From: an uncultured virus (IMG/VR IMGVR_UViG_3300029258_003973)
Lineage: Duplodnaviria; Heunggongvirae; Uroviricota; Caudoviricetes
DNA: 61,488 bases
IMG/VR virus record: IMGVR_UViG_3300029258_003973
Direction: 5' to 3' (one strand)
Shown here: in pieces, positions 46,052 through 54,862 of the stretch
Numbering within the stretch: the stretch's first letter is position 1
How the letters are laid out: each line of letters opens with the position of its first letter
Notes under the pieces: model-generated
What the model was told of the DNA's origin: nothing
What the model saw: the letters and a program-made list of their open reading frames with translations, nothing else
The model's database searches: none
Translations under genes and position numbers: made by a program

Positions 46052-46780
46052 TTATTTAGTTTTCAGACGCTTGATTCCAGATTGATACTTCTCTGGATAA
46101 TGGTCAAGCGGATTTCCTGTCCACCAGAGAACCGGATGGAGAGGATATTCATACCACGACATAGATCCTATTTCTATCTCCTTATCCACGTGCCAGAATC
46201 CGAACCAAGCTGGTGGGACTTTACATACAGAATCCATATCATTCACAATTCTATATGACTTGAAAACATGCTTAGCAAAACCCTTTGCAAAGGCATGGTT
46301 TCCTACCCTGGGGGCCCCCAGAGACACACAATAGACCAGGGCACCTTCAAAGTGTTTGGCCAACTGTACTGACGTTCTGGTAGCCAAGGCTCCTCCAAGA
46401 CTATGGCCTGTTACTAGTATCTTTCTGAAGCCAATATACTTCTTCTCTAATAGCTCCTTCAATATAATTGGCCATGCTTCTTGAAACTGGCGCTCAAACC
46501 CCTCATGTACTAGAGCCTTGCTTCCCAGGTCTATACTCTTTGGTTTGACCTTCTTGAAATCAAGGTTGTCTCTCCAGTCGCCCTTTCCATCTGACCCCTC
46601 GAACGCTATTACGAGGAAATCATTCCACAGTCCTATGTCAAATTCCACATTCCCAGTGTCAAATGACTTGTGCTCCTTGTAGATACGGTAGTCTACTTTT
46701 CCATGGTCCCCCTGGTAAGTATTGATACACGCTTGAGCACAAAACTCAAGGATCTTCTTAGTGTTTTTGCTTATAGCCAT
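46052..46780 (-). CDS. class 3 lipase (alpha/beta hydrolase)
   Basis: VHEGF, GHSLGG nucleophile elbow, GAPRVGN, D..CKVP, H. Confidence 0.92.
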   Translation of the reverse strand: MAISKNTKKILEFCAQACINTYQGDHGKVDYRIYKEHKSFDTGNVEFDIGLWNDFLVIAFEGSDGKGDWRDNLDFKKVKPKSIDLGSKALVHEGFERQFQEAWPIILKELLEKKYIGFRKILVTGHSLGGALATRTSVQLAKHFEGALVYCVSLGAPRVGNHAFAKGFAKHVFKSYRIVNDMDSVCKVPPAWFGFWHVDKEIEIGSMSWYEYPLHPVLWWTGNPLDHYPEKYQSGIKRLKTK

Positions 46781-46865
46781 GGGCTCACTCCAGACATTAA
46801 TCTGGATATATTATAGCCCATATCAGTAGGATAAGACTACACAATGTGTGTAGTTATCCCACAGC

Positions 46866-47300
46866 CTACCTGTTCTTGACGTTTGTGGGGTAACTCTTGG
46901 ATTCTATTACTCTCCTCAACATGTTTACCAGTGCTCCCTCAGGTAATCTATCCCCTGTCAAGTACCGCACTATCACTTCGCCGTTGCCATTGTTCTTTGA
47001 AAATAGGTACTTTCCCTTCTTGGTTTCTATGCATTCATTGTTGATAACCAACTCCAGCATAAAGTCCTCGAACATAGTTCTGGGTATTCCCGCTGAAAGA
47101 TCTGAAACACTTACGCCAAGGGAATCGGCAATATGTGATAGGTCCTCCAAGTGAATATCAATGTTCCCTTCCTCGATATTCTCTATGATAAGGCCACCAA
47201 CATTGGATAGTGTTGCTAATTCGGATATTTCCATTCCGAGTCTGGTTCTACATCTTGTGAGGTTTGATCCGAGAGTATTTCTTGCTCTCTTCTCGTTCAT
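46866..47300 (-). CDS. XRE-family HTH protein
   Basis: LGSNLTRCRTRLGMEISELA...IEEG...IADSLGVSVSDL. Confidence 0.8.
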   Translation of the reverse strand: MNEKRARNTLGSNLTRCRTRLGMEISELATLSNVGGLIIENIEEGNIDIHLEDLSHIADSLGVSVSDLSAGIPRTMFEDFMLELVINNECIETKKGKYLFSKNNGNGEVIVRYLTGDRLPEGALVNMLRRVIESKSYPTNVKNR

Positions 47301-47328
47301 ATTTATCTCTCTTTGTAATGGTTCTCTG

Positions 47329-47671
47329 TGGAGATGGTGGGAGTCGAACCCACGTCCTTAAATATAGCTAAGCAACGTCTACATGCTTTTTACCCTACTA
47401 GTATTTCCAAACCACCAGTAGGGTATAGTGGTTTGGGGGTCTCCCTGGAATTCCCATAAACTCTCCGGGAGGATAGAGCAGATGGTATCCCTTGAGTATG
47501 ACACCAGGGAAGGAAGCAAGGGAAACTAGCCTAGCTGGCGACGGCTGCTCTTACGCAGCCATGGCTAAAGGTTCTATGTCGTCCTTTAATTGTTTGTGGC
47601 AGATTACGGGCCTACCACAGCCCGGCATGCAATCACTTGACTATTACTCAAGTCGAAACCTTTTCATCCCC
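47329..47671 (-). ncRNA. ssrA: tmRNA; predicted tag (A)DDIEPLAMAA
   Basis: 5' GGGGATG..AGGTTTCGAC; 3' GTGGG-TTCGACT-CCCAC-CATCTCCA with G3.U70; tag ORF 47583-47551 ends LAMAA-TAA. Confidence 0.95.
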
Positions 47672-47673
47672 TT

Positions 47674-47756
47674 TGGTGAGGGAAGGATTTGAACCTTCGT
47701 AGCCGGTCGACAACAGATTTACAGTCTGCCCCCTTTAACCACTCGGGAACCTCACC
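47674..47756 (-). tRNA. tRNA-Tyr(GTA)
   Basis: GGTGAGG/CCTCACC-A, GCAGA-CTGTAAA-TCTGT, long variable arm, GAAGG-TTCAAAT-CCTTC. Confidence 0.95.
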
Positions 47757-47783
47757 GATTTAGTATTGCAAAATGCTCCGATA

Positions 47784-47969
47784 GCAGCTGGTAGTGATGG
47801 AATACCTATGTGAGAGGAATCACTGTGCTCCAGATTGATCCATCCTATTACAGGACCCTGCCTTTATACTTCATCCCCTTGAAGCTTTATTAGACCCAGG
47901 GTTTACCGTCATTGGGTTTGACTTATTCTTGATCTCTTGATGCTTGAGCCTTGAAAGTCACCAGACTAC
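47784..47969 (-). ncRNA. candidate ncRNA with periodic TCAAG repeats
   Basis: terminal stem GTAGTCTGGT/ACCAGCTGC enclosing TCAAG x4 at 7-8-nt spacing plus further AAG units. Confidence 0.5.
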
Positions 47970-48073
47970 GGGATTCAAAGTCCCATATCTTCTAATTTGC
48001 ATTCAGAAGGATTAGTGTTTACCCACACCCATACAAGGGTCACATACTTTTCCTAGTTTTCACTAAAGAAGCA

Positions 48074-48298
48074 TTAAATGTATTCTTTTACCTCCTGCAA
48101 GGCCTCCATTAATTCATCATAGAGACCAGCTGGTATAGCTATTCCCTTAGAAGTTGGACGCAGCCCATCTTCATCAGGGGGCTTGAACCATGTCCTTATA
48201 TTTATTAGATCATGTCCTTCAAAATGATCTACGGCAACTCTAACAACATCTGTTCCGTTGCCCTTCTCTATGTCCTTATAGAACTTTGTACTGGACAT
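48074..48298 (-). CDS. PC4/YdbC-like ssDNA-binding protein
   Basis: LINIRTWF...LRPTSKGIAI. Confidence 0.85.
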   Translation of the reverse strand: MSSTKFYKDIEKGNGTDVVRVAVDHFEGHDLINIRTWFKPPDEDGLRPTSKGIAIPAGLYDELMEALQEVKEYI

Positions 48299-48337
48299 TA
48301 GGTACCTCCATATTATATAGATAAGAGTAGCAAAACG

Positions 48338-48850
48338 CTACTCCAGAAGATCTCTAGTAGCGTTTATTACCTCGAGTCTGGACTCTATGTTATCATAGAG
48401 ATCCTGCCACTTTGAGAGGCCTTCCAGTTTGTCCTCTTCCCTGTAGAGCCGCACGACAGATACAACTTGTCCTGACTCGGAAGCCATCTTCCTTACCATG
48501 AGCTTCTTGTCTGCTGCATGGGTAGTTAGGGCATTGTATGTGTCCAGCATTATTGGGGACAGCTTCCTCTTTATAGCCAAGGCATCAGCGAGAGTGTATT
48601 GTTCTCCGCGGATTTCTACTGTGACTTCCAAGTTAGTACGGTCTATCCTTCTCTTGAGCTCCAGATACTCCTTGAGAAGATCGTTGTTGCTCTGTATGAG
48701 CTGGCTCACTTTCTTTCTCTGTGTTTCCTCGTCCCCAAATACCGGACGCTCTACGTTGAGAATGGATGAGTACTCTGATATCTGTTCTATGTTCTTGTTC
48801 ATCCTCTTCTCGATAATTCTAAGTTCCTTAAGTCCTTCTACTATCTTCAT
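48338..48850 (-). CDS. DIP1984/septicolysin-like coiled-coil protein
   Basis: MKIVEGLKEL...LKRRIDRTN...TLADALAIK...IESRLEVINAT; AGGAGG SD before ATG 48850. Confidence 0.7.
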   Translation of the reverse strand: MKIVEGLKELRIIEKRMNKNIEQISEYSSILNVERPVFGDEETQRKKVSQLIQSNNDLLKEYLELKRRIDRTNLEVTVEIRGEQYTLADALAIKRKLSPIMLDTYNALTTHAADKKLMVRKMASESGQVVSVVRLYREEDKLEGLSKWQDLYDNIESRLEVINATRDLLE

Positions 48851-49265
48851 TGTTTCCTCCTGGTCCTTGTTCTTTATATAAATTAGACATCCTACGATCC
48901 GTAAGAACATCGTCACTTACGTATTTTAGTAAAACATATACAGTTGATAATATCTTTGGTCCAAATACACCAAGTATATTACTAAAGTCTGCAAGACTTG
49001 GTATCTTGGACAAGTTATACTCTGATATATGTACGGTACGATCAGGCATATATATTGTAACTATGTCAGTAACATTGTCGTTTTCGAACAGCCTTTTCAT
49101 TTCAATGGGAATAGGATTTACTACAAATATATACTGTTCGTCTTCTCCCTGGGTAAATGCATAGAAATATGTACCACTGTTCGATATTATTCTCTCACGG
49201 GTTCCAGACTTCTCTGTCGTGACTTTTACTTTGTCTGCAAGTTCTTCAATATCACGTATATCCAT
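48828..49265 (-). CDS. hypothetical protein
   Basis: ORF. Confidence 0.6.
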   Translation of the reverse strand: MDIRDIEELADKVKVTTEKSGTRERIISNSGTYFYAFTQGEDEQYIFVVNPIPIEMKRLFENDNVTDIVTIYMPDRTVHISEYNLSKIPSLADFSNILGVFGPKILSTVYVLLKYVSDDVLTDRRMSNLYKEQGPGGNNEDSRRT

Positions 49266-49270
49266 AGCTA

Positions 49271-49798
49271 TTATTCTTCCTCCTCAGCGTATACTTCTAT
49301 GACCGGCATAGTATAATATGGTTCATTTGGCGTATTATCATATACCTCAGTTCTCTCTACGGATCCAACTGATTCAAAAGGAATTCTTCGTATAGATACA
49401 TCATGATGAGAATTCTCATTACCATAAGGCTCAGATTGAAATATTAATTCCTCTCTCTCGTAATCTATATCCGATATTTCTCCGGCTTTCCCTCTGTACG
49501 CAAGAGGATTCATATTCCCTATTGATCCACTCATAGTAATTAAGTCTCTGTGTGGGTTCATATATTCACCTATGAGTTTCCGCATTATAGGTTGTAAATA
49601 CTTCCCCATCTTAACTGGTTTGGTTTGTACTGTTCCTGATATTGATCCGGACCCATATGAAAGTATAGTAGGGTTACTTGCGTTCCTATCCACTTCAGTA
49701 ACAACCACTTCCTTTCCAACCAGGTGCTGGAATCTCACAACCTTTGTAAGATTTGGAAGCTTACATACTTTGCCTACAGTATCGTTCTTTCCAGACAA
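49271..49798 (-). CDS. hypothetical protein
   Basis: ORF, TTG start after GAGG. Confidence 0.6.
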   Translation of the reverse strand: MSGKNDTVGKVCKLPNLTKVVRFQHLVGKEVVVTEVDRNASNPTILSYGSGSISGTVQTKPVKMGKYLQPIMRKLIGEYMNPHRDLITMSGSIGNMNPLAYRGKAGEISDIDYEREELIFQSEPYGNENSHHDVSIRRIPFESVGSVERTEVYDNTPNEPYYTMPVIEVYAEEEE

Positions 49799-49945
49799 TA
49801 TAATCCCTCACATATGGAATCCATTCTAGTTTTATCCCCTAATGGCCAACAATTTGTGCGAGTGTAGCGAGCTTAGAATTGTTGGCTTTGTAGGGAGAAG
49901 TTTGTCAACTCCGCAACAGAGTTTTATAACATTCCATATTCTATT

Positions 49946-50635
49946 CTAGTGAATCGTACTCTCTTCTATATGTATATCATCGGTGGGCGCTTTACTCAAG
50001 AGTCCACTTATGAATGCCTTTATAGGGAGTAACCCATCTCCCAACTCCTTCTCCGGATCCTCAGATATTACTTTCTCTATCTCTTCAGTCATCTTATGAT
50101 GACCGTTTTCCTGGTCAACCCCCACTGTTGACATGATTATAGCAGCCCTGCTCATATCACATGGTGCCCCAGTTATTAGCACTCTTACATCGTTTTCATC
50201 TTCTCCATTAATGGCAACACCAACAGTAAAGCAGCTCAATAGCAGTCTTGGTTTCGTGTAGACTACCTGGGCAGCATGCCTTCCCGCTTCCATGAATAAA
50301 GCAACAAGTTCTTCACTATTGGGGGACAGATCTCCTTGTATATCATCATTATGTATTGTAGCAGATATAATTGTGATGTCTCCTGATTCGGCCCTAGCAA
50401 CACCCTTACCGTCATCAGTTTCGTAGAGTACCATATCCTGATACTTTATAAACACGGTAAGTTCTGGCAGCCCGTCTTCCGCTTCATTTGCCGCCGCGTA
50501 GACAGCTGATGCTATCTTATCCATATCGTTCTCGAGTGTTTCCGCAGCGTGAATTCGGACCAGCTCATTGGTCATCTCTTCTATGTCTTTTACTACTCTG
50601 ATTTCTGGAGACTTGATCTCTTTGTTATCGCTCAT
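49946..50635 (-). CDS. acidic hypothetical protein
   Basis: 229-aa ORF. Confidence 0.7.
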   Translation of the reverse strand: MSDNKEIKSPEIRVVKDIEEMTNELVRIHAAETLENDMDKIASAVYAAANEAEDGLPELTVFIKYQDMVLYETDDGKGVARAESGDITIISATIHNDDIQGDLSPNSEELVALFMEAGRHAAQVVYTKPRLLLSCFTVGVAINGEDENDVRVLITGAPCDMSRAAIIMSTVGVDQENGHHKMTEEIEKVISEDPEKELGDGLLPIKAFISGLLSKAPTDDIHIEESTIH

Positions 50636-51071
50636 TGTACGCTTTATACCTCTTCAGTAAATTTGGATAGAATGCTTCATGTGTGAATGATCCAGGATTC
50701 AGGTATCCCATGCTAGCATTGTCAGCATCTATATGGTGGAACTCTCCTTGCTCATCGTATGCTGAAAGACTGCATGGCTCGTTATGGTGATAAAACACTT
50801 CACTTACAACCATCAGTCTATTATATGGCTTTACCACTATAGGGCTTCCGGCTGTTATTTCTCCAGATACATCGATGTAACCCTTTCGTATCTTTGAGTT
50901 ATACAGTCTGTTCCATTCCTTAGCATCATATTCATGTACTCTAGGCGTTGTACCCATAGCCCCATACTCCACTATAAACCTTCCGTCCTTTGATGGATAC
51001 ATTAAATAGTACTTGTCGCTATTCTTGCTTGGATCCTGGCATACCAGAGTCACCTTCTTCTTCTCTGTCAT
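50625..51071 (-). CDS. WGR-domain protein
   Basis: NSDKYY...VEYGAMG...SKIRKGY. Confidence 0.75.
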   Translation of the reverse strand: MTEKKKVTLVCQDPSKNSDKYYLMYPSKDGRFIVEYGAMGTTPRVHEYDAKEWNRLYNSKIRKGYIDVSGEITAGSPIVVKPYNRLMVVSEVFYHHNEPCSLSAYDEQGEFHHIDADNASMGYLNPGSFTHEAFYPNLLKRYKAYNER

Positions 51072-51576
51072 ATCGTTCTACCAACCATATGTGTATTTTT
51101 GAAAATATCTTATCTTTCCAGTATAGTAGTTTGTAGTACAATCTCACGATAATCGAGACCTTCTCGCTCCTGTACAGATTCAACCTATAGGCAAGGTGTA
51201 GTCGGTATCTAAGGGGAAGCCACAGTTCTCTAGACCTGTTAAGATGCTCATTAAAACAATCCCAGTACAATACAAACCCATCATCAGTAGATGATGCACG
51301 CATCTTTAATTCTCCTGCTTGTATAGCAGACAGTAGCTGCCCTTCTGCGGACCTGATTGGAGTAGACCTTGATGTTAGCATTGCGGGGCCTATCTCTGGT
51401 CTGGGATCATCATCGTTGGACTTCTTCAGGATTAGAGGCCTGACTGGCCGGTACATATAGCAGCTTACTACAGCCCCGGTTTGTCCACATTGCACTCGAG
51501 GGCATGGTGCTCTCCCTGCCCCTCTATGTTCCAGGAACTTAACCCTGTGTTCACATCTATGACAAAGGCCAATCAT
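51019..51576 (-). CDS. Cys-rich hypothetical protein
   Basis: GLCHRCEHR...C..SCYMYRP. Confidence 0.6.
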   Translation of the reverse strand: MIGLCHRCEHRVKFLEHRGAGRAPCPRVQCGQTGAVVSCYMYRPVRPLILKKSNDDDPRPEIGPAMLTSRSTPIRSAEGQLLSAIQAGELKMRASSTDDGFVLYWDCFNEHLNRSRELWLPLRYRLHLAYRLNLYRSEKVSIIVRLYYKLLYWKDKIFSKIHIWLVERYDREEEGDSGMPGSKQE

Positions 51577-51687
51577 GCGGATCTCCAGTAAGGATATATT
51601 GTTAGCAGGGCTGCATCAGCCCTAACGTCCCCCGGACGTTCAGTCCCAGATGGATAGGGACTCTCAAGATTGTAGAAGTTTGTTAAA

Positions 51688-52263
51688 TTAATTCCATAAT
51701 GTATACATTTTGATTCTAGAACGCTCGAATTCGGAGAAGGCTTTCCTATCATGTCTTATTCTCTTAATGGCTTTCCTTATGCCATCACGCTTTGTCATTC
51801 TGTATAGTCTTTTCCACCACTTTGCGCGTATATATACTACTCTTACTGGCCTTCTAAAGATCCCACTGGTGTATTTTACAAAGTATTGTATTCCAGCCGG
51901 GTCTATAATGTACACGTCTTTCCCTGCCAGGTCTTGTCTCAGTGCACAGTATGCACTACCATCAAACTCGGTGTACGCAACTATGTGGCTCTTAGGGTAT
52001 TTAGCAATGTCCTGCTTGGTGACAAATATATGGGCGACACCATCTTCCTCTCCCATTCTTATCTCTCTAGTAGTACGGGAGACAACTTTCTTCAGACCAA
52101 GCACATTGCATATGTGATCTTTACCTGAACCACTCTTCCCAACCATGAGGATGAGTTCTCTAAGTGGCTGTCTCTGGGTGCCCCTCCCATTCTCATAGTC
52201 AAAGTTTCCTCTCTTAGGTTTCTTGTCGTTTATTGTACGTATCATTGTATTACATCCTAACAT
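51688..52263 (-). CDS. guanylate kinase-like protein
   Basis: GKSGSGKD, VSRTTREIR.GE.DG..H.FV, YIIDPAG; probable start ATG 52245. Confidence 0.85.
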   Translation of the reverse strand: MLGCNTMIRTINDKKPKRGNFDYENGRGTQRQPLRELILMVGKSGSGKDHICNVLGLKKVVSRTTREIRMGEEDGVAHIFVTKQDIAKYPKSHIVAYTEFDGSAYCALRQDLAGKDVYIIDPAGIQYFVKYTSGIFRRPVRVVYIRAKWWKRLYRMTKRDGIRKAIKRIRHDRKAFSEFERSRIKMYTLWN

Positions 52264-52267
52264 TATG

Positions 52268-52328
52268 ATATACTATGTCAAGTATATTTCTTTTGGTTTA
52301 TTAGGTTAATTACTTGACATATTATATA
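52268..52328. promoter_or_regulatory. divergent promoter region with inverted repeat containing TTGACA
   Basis: TACTTGACATA(G/T)TATAT on both strands at the strand switch. Confidence 0.6.
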
Positions 52329-52370
52329 CTGTCCTATTTGTTTCCAGATAGAGACTGACAGGAGAATAAT

Positions 52371-53318
52371 ATGAGGGACACAGCTTTGATCACAGGGGCA
52401 ACCGGCTTTATGGGGCCCTACATTACGAGAGAGCTGGCCCCACTGTTTGATTCCATAATACTCCTACATAGAGAAAGCTCCCGTCTCTCCGAGCTAGCTA
52501 TAGATGATAACATACAACTATGTAAGTCCGACCCTGATAGTATAGAGGACATGTTCAAGGAGCGGGGCCACTCCATAGAAGGGATAGTACATCTTGCAAC
52601 CCACTATGCCAAATCTCATGCCCATAGTGATATAGCTAATATGATAGATGCAAATATATCACTTCCTCTAGTGTTGCTAAGTCTTGCTGATAAATATGGA
52701 TTGGAGTGGTTTATCAATACTGGAACATGTTTCGAATATGCTCCATCTTTGCACCCCATTACAGAAACAAGTCCATTGAGACCAGTCAATCTCTACGCAC
52801 AAACCAAAGCCTCTTTCTATGATATGATACAACATATAGTCACATACGAGAGTAACCTGAGGATCATGACTCTAAGACCATTTTACGCATATGGCGTTGG
52901 TAACTATCCTCACAAACTGATACAGACTATGGTAATGAATGCTCTAACCGGGAAAGATATCACTATAGACAGGCCATATGATAAATCTGACTTTATAAAT
53001 GTTAAGGATATAGTTACGGCTTATAGGCTGACAGTAGAATTCCTACGTGAAAATACAGGAAATGAGCCTATAGGCGATCCTGTTCTTAACATAGGATCGG
53101 GAGAGGCATATACGCCCCTAGACATAGTTAAGGTTATAGAATCTATCTCAGATCTCAAACCTACGGTGATTTTACCACCAGAAGCAGGGTTGAGACCCCC
53201 TAGAGTAACTGTATCTGACTCATCCCGGGCCCGTAACCTATTGGGATGGAATCCAAAAGTGAGTATTACAGAGGGTATTGGTGACATACTAAGCAGCTTT
53301 ATAGATATATTACATTAG
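52371..53318 (+). CDS. NAD-dependent sugar epimerase/reductase (extended SDR)
   Basis: ITGATGFMG, NTGT..EY, YAQTK. Confidence 0.9.
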   Translation: MRDTALITGATGFMGPYITRELAPLFDSIILLHRESSRLSELAIDDNIQLCKSDPDSIEDMFKERGHSIEGIVHLATHYAKSHAHSDIANMIDANISLPLVLLSLADKYGLEWFINTGTCFEYAPSLHPITETSPLRPVNLYAQTKASFYDMIQHIVTYESNLRIMTLRPFYAYGVGNYPHKLIQTMVMNALTGKDITIDRPYDKSDFINVKDIVTAYRLTVEFLRENTGNEPIGDPVLNIGSGEAYTPLDIVKVIESISDLKPTVILPPEAGLRPPRVTVSDSSRARNLLGWNPKVSITEGIGDILSSFIDILH

Positions 53319-53329
53319 GAGGTGAATAC

Positions 53330-53866
53330 ATGGAACTCATAAAGACGCCACTAAATGGCGTCCATCTTATCAAAAACAGGCCATTCTCAGATCACAGGGG
53401 GGATTTCAGGAAGCTTCTACACGTGCCTACATTCAAGGATATGGGACTGGAAACCAAGTTCAAGGAGGCTGTGTATAGTACATCTACTAGGAATGTAGTC
53501 AGGGGTATGCATTTCCAGATACCCCCAGCAGATCATGTAAAGCTAGTATGGGTTTCCTTCGGTGTTATACTTGACGTAGCCCTATGCGTTGATAGAAAGT
53601 CAGAAGACTTTGGAAGATATTGCAGTCAGAAACTTAACCATAGTGATGGTATAAGTATGTATATAGGGAAGGGATATGCCCACGGATTCAGAGTAATCAG
53701 TGACGTGGCTGTTGTCAACTACATGACTACTACGGTTCATGCTCCGAAGAAGGATATGGCCGTAAGATGGAATAGCTTTGGGATGTCATGGAGGGTTGCC
53801 AACCCTATACTTTCTACCAAGGACCAGAATGCCATGACTCTGGAAGAGTGGAGAGATATGAAATGA
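53330..53866 (+). CDS. rmlC: dTDP-4-dehydrorhamnose 3,5-epimerase family
   Basis: DHRG.F, RGMHFQ, KLV, AHGF, LSTKD. Confidence 0.92.
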   Translation: MELIKTPLNGVHLIKNRPFSDHRGDFRKLLHVPTFKDMGLETKFKEAVYSTSTRNVVRGMHFQIPPADHVKLVWVSFGVILDVALCVDRKSEDFGRYCSQKLNHSDGISMYIGKGYAHGFRVISDVAVVNYMTTTVHAPKKDMAVRWNSFGMSWRVANPILSTKDQNAMTLEEWRDMK

Positions 53867-54855
53867 ATATAGATACAAGAATAAGCAAGGAAAGGACACC
53901 TCTGCAAGACGTTATACCTCTAAGTACTCCGTTTGTTCTATTTATCGATCCATGTGACACGTGTAACTTCCAGTGTAGATTCTGCCCCACAGGAAACAGA
54001 ACAAAGATGAGGGAAACAAAGGGCAGAAACTACGGTGCCATGCTGATGTCTACCTACGAGCAGATTATGTCAGACCTGTATGAATTTCATGATAATGTTA
54101 AGGTAGTTAGGCTGTATAAGGATGGAGAACCCCTACTGAACAAACACTTTCCGGAAATGGTAAGGATGGCAAAAGACACTGGGAAAGTAGATCAAGTAGA
54201 TACAACAACAAATGCGGCAAGACTAACTAGGGAGCTATCGGATAGTATAATAAGATCTGGTATAGATAGAATAAACATATCGATAGAGGGGATGTGTGAT
54301 GAGGATTACAGGTTCTTCTCCCGGGCTGAGGTTGACTTTACTCTTCTTGTTGATAATATAAGGTATTTGCATGACATCAGCGGGGATTGCTATATATTTG
54401 TGAAGATAAACGAAGATACAATAACAGAAGACAAGAAGAAGAAGTTCTTTGATGTCTTTGGACCTATTTCTGATGGAATAGGAACAGAACATGTCATGGA
54501 ATGTTGGCCCCAGTTTGATGCAGATGTATATGCAAACCAAGAGGTAGGAATATATGGTCAACCGCTAACTAACGTATCGGTGTGCCCCTATATATTCTAC
54601 TCATTTTCAGTGAACTCTAACGGCACAGTAAGTGCCTGCTTTCTGGACTGGAGTAGAGAGCTTATTGTGGGGAACATAGGAGAAACATCCCTTGTTGACA
54701 TATGGAACAGTAAAGAAATGAACGCCCTCAGAATATCATTCCTAAAGGGTAATCGCAACAAGCATCCGTTTTGCAGGAAATGTGCTCAGTTGACTCATGG
54801 GATGCCTGATAATATAGATGCGTATGTAGACAATATCATAAAGGCAATGGGGTAG
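53863..54855 (+). CDS. radical SAM protein with SPASM/twitch domain
   Basis: CNFQCRFC, DGEPLL, C-terminal CPY...C..D...CRKC; ATGA-coupled start 53863. Confidence 0.9.
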   Translation: MNIDTRISKERTPLQDVIPLSTPFVLFIDPCDTCNFQCRFCPTGNRTKMRETKGRNYGAMLMSTYEQIMSDLYEFHDNVKVVRLYKDGEPLLNKHFPEMVRMAKDTGKVDQVDTTTNAARLTRELSDSIIRSGIDRINISIEGMCDEDYRFFSRAEVDFTLLVDNIRYLHDISGDCYIFVKINEDTITEDKKKKFFDVFGPISDGIGTEHVMECWPQFDADVYANQEVGIYGQPLTNVSVCPYIFYSFSVNSNGTVSACFLDWSRELIVGNIGETSLVDIWNSKEMNALRISFLKGNRNKHPFCRKCAQLTHGMPDNIDAYVDNIIKAMG

Positions 54856-54862
54856 TATTATC

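Noticed and set aside
51607..51662. Hammerhead ribozyme or fluoride riboswitch (CTGATG present)
   Set aside because: Lacks the CUGAUGA...GAAA core arrangement and the fluoride riboswitch 5' consensus
1946..52128. Numerous short plus-strand ORFs in the track
   Set aside because: Antisense to well-supported minus-strand genes; Ser/Phe/Leu-rich composition is the expected shadow of a purine-rich coding strand
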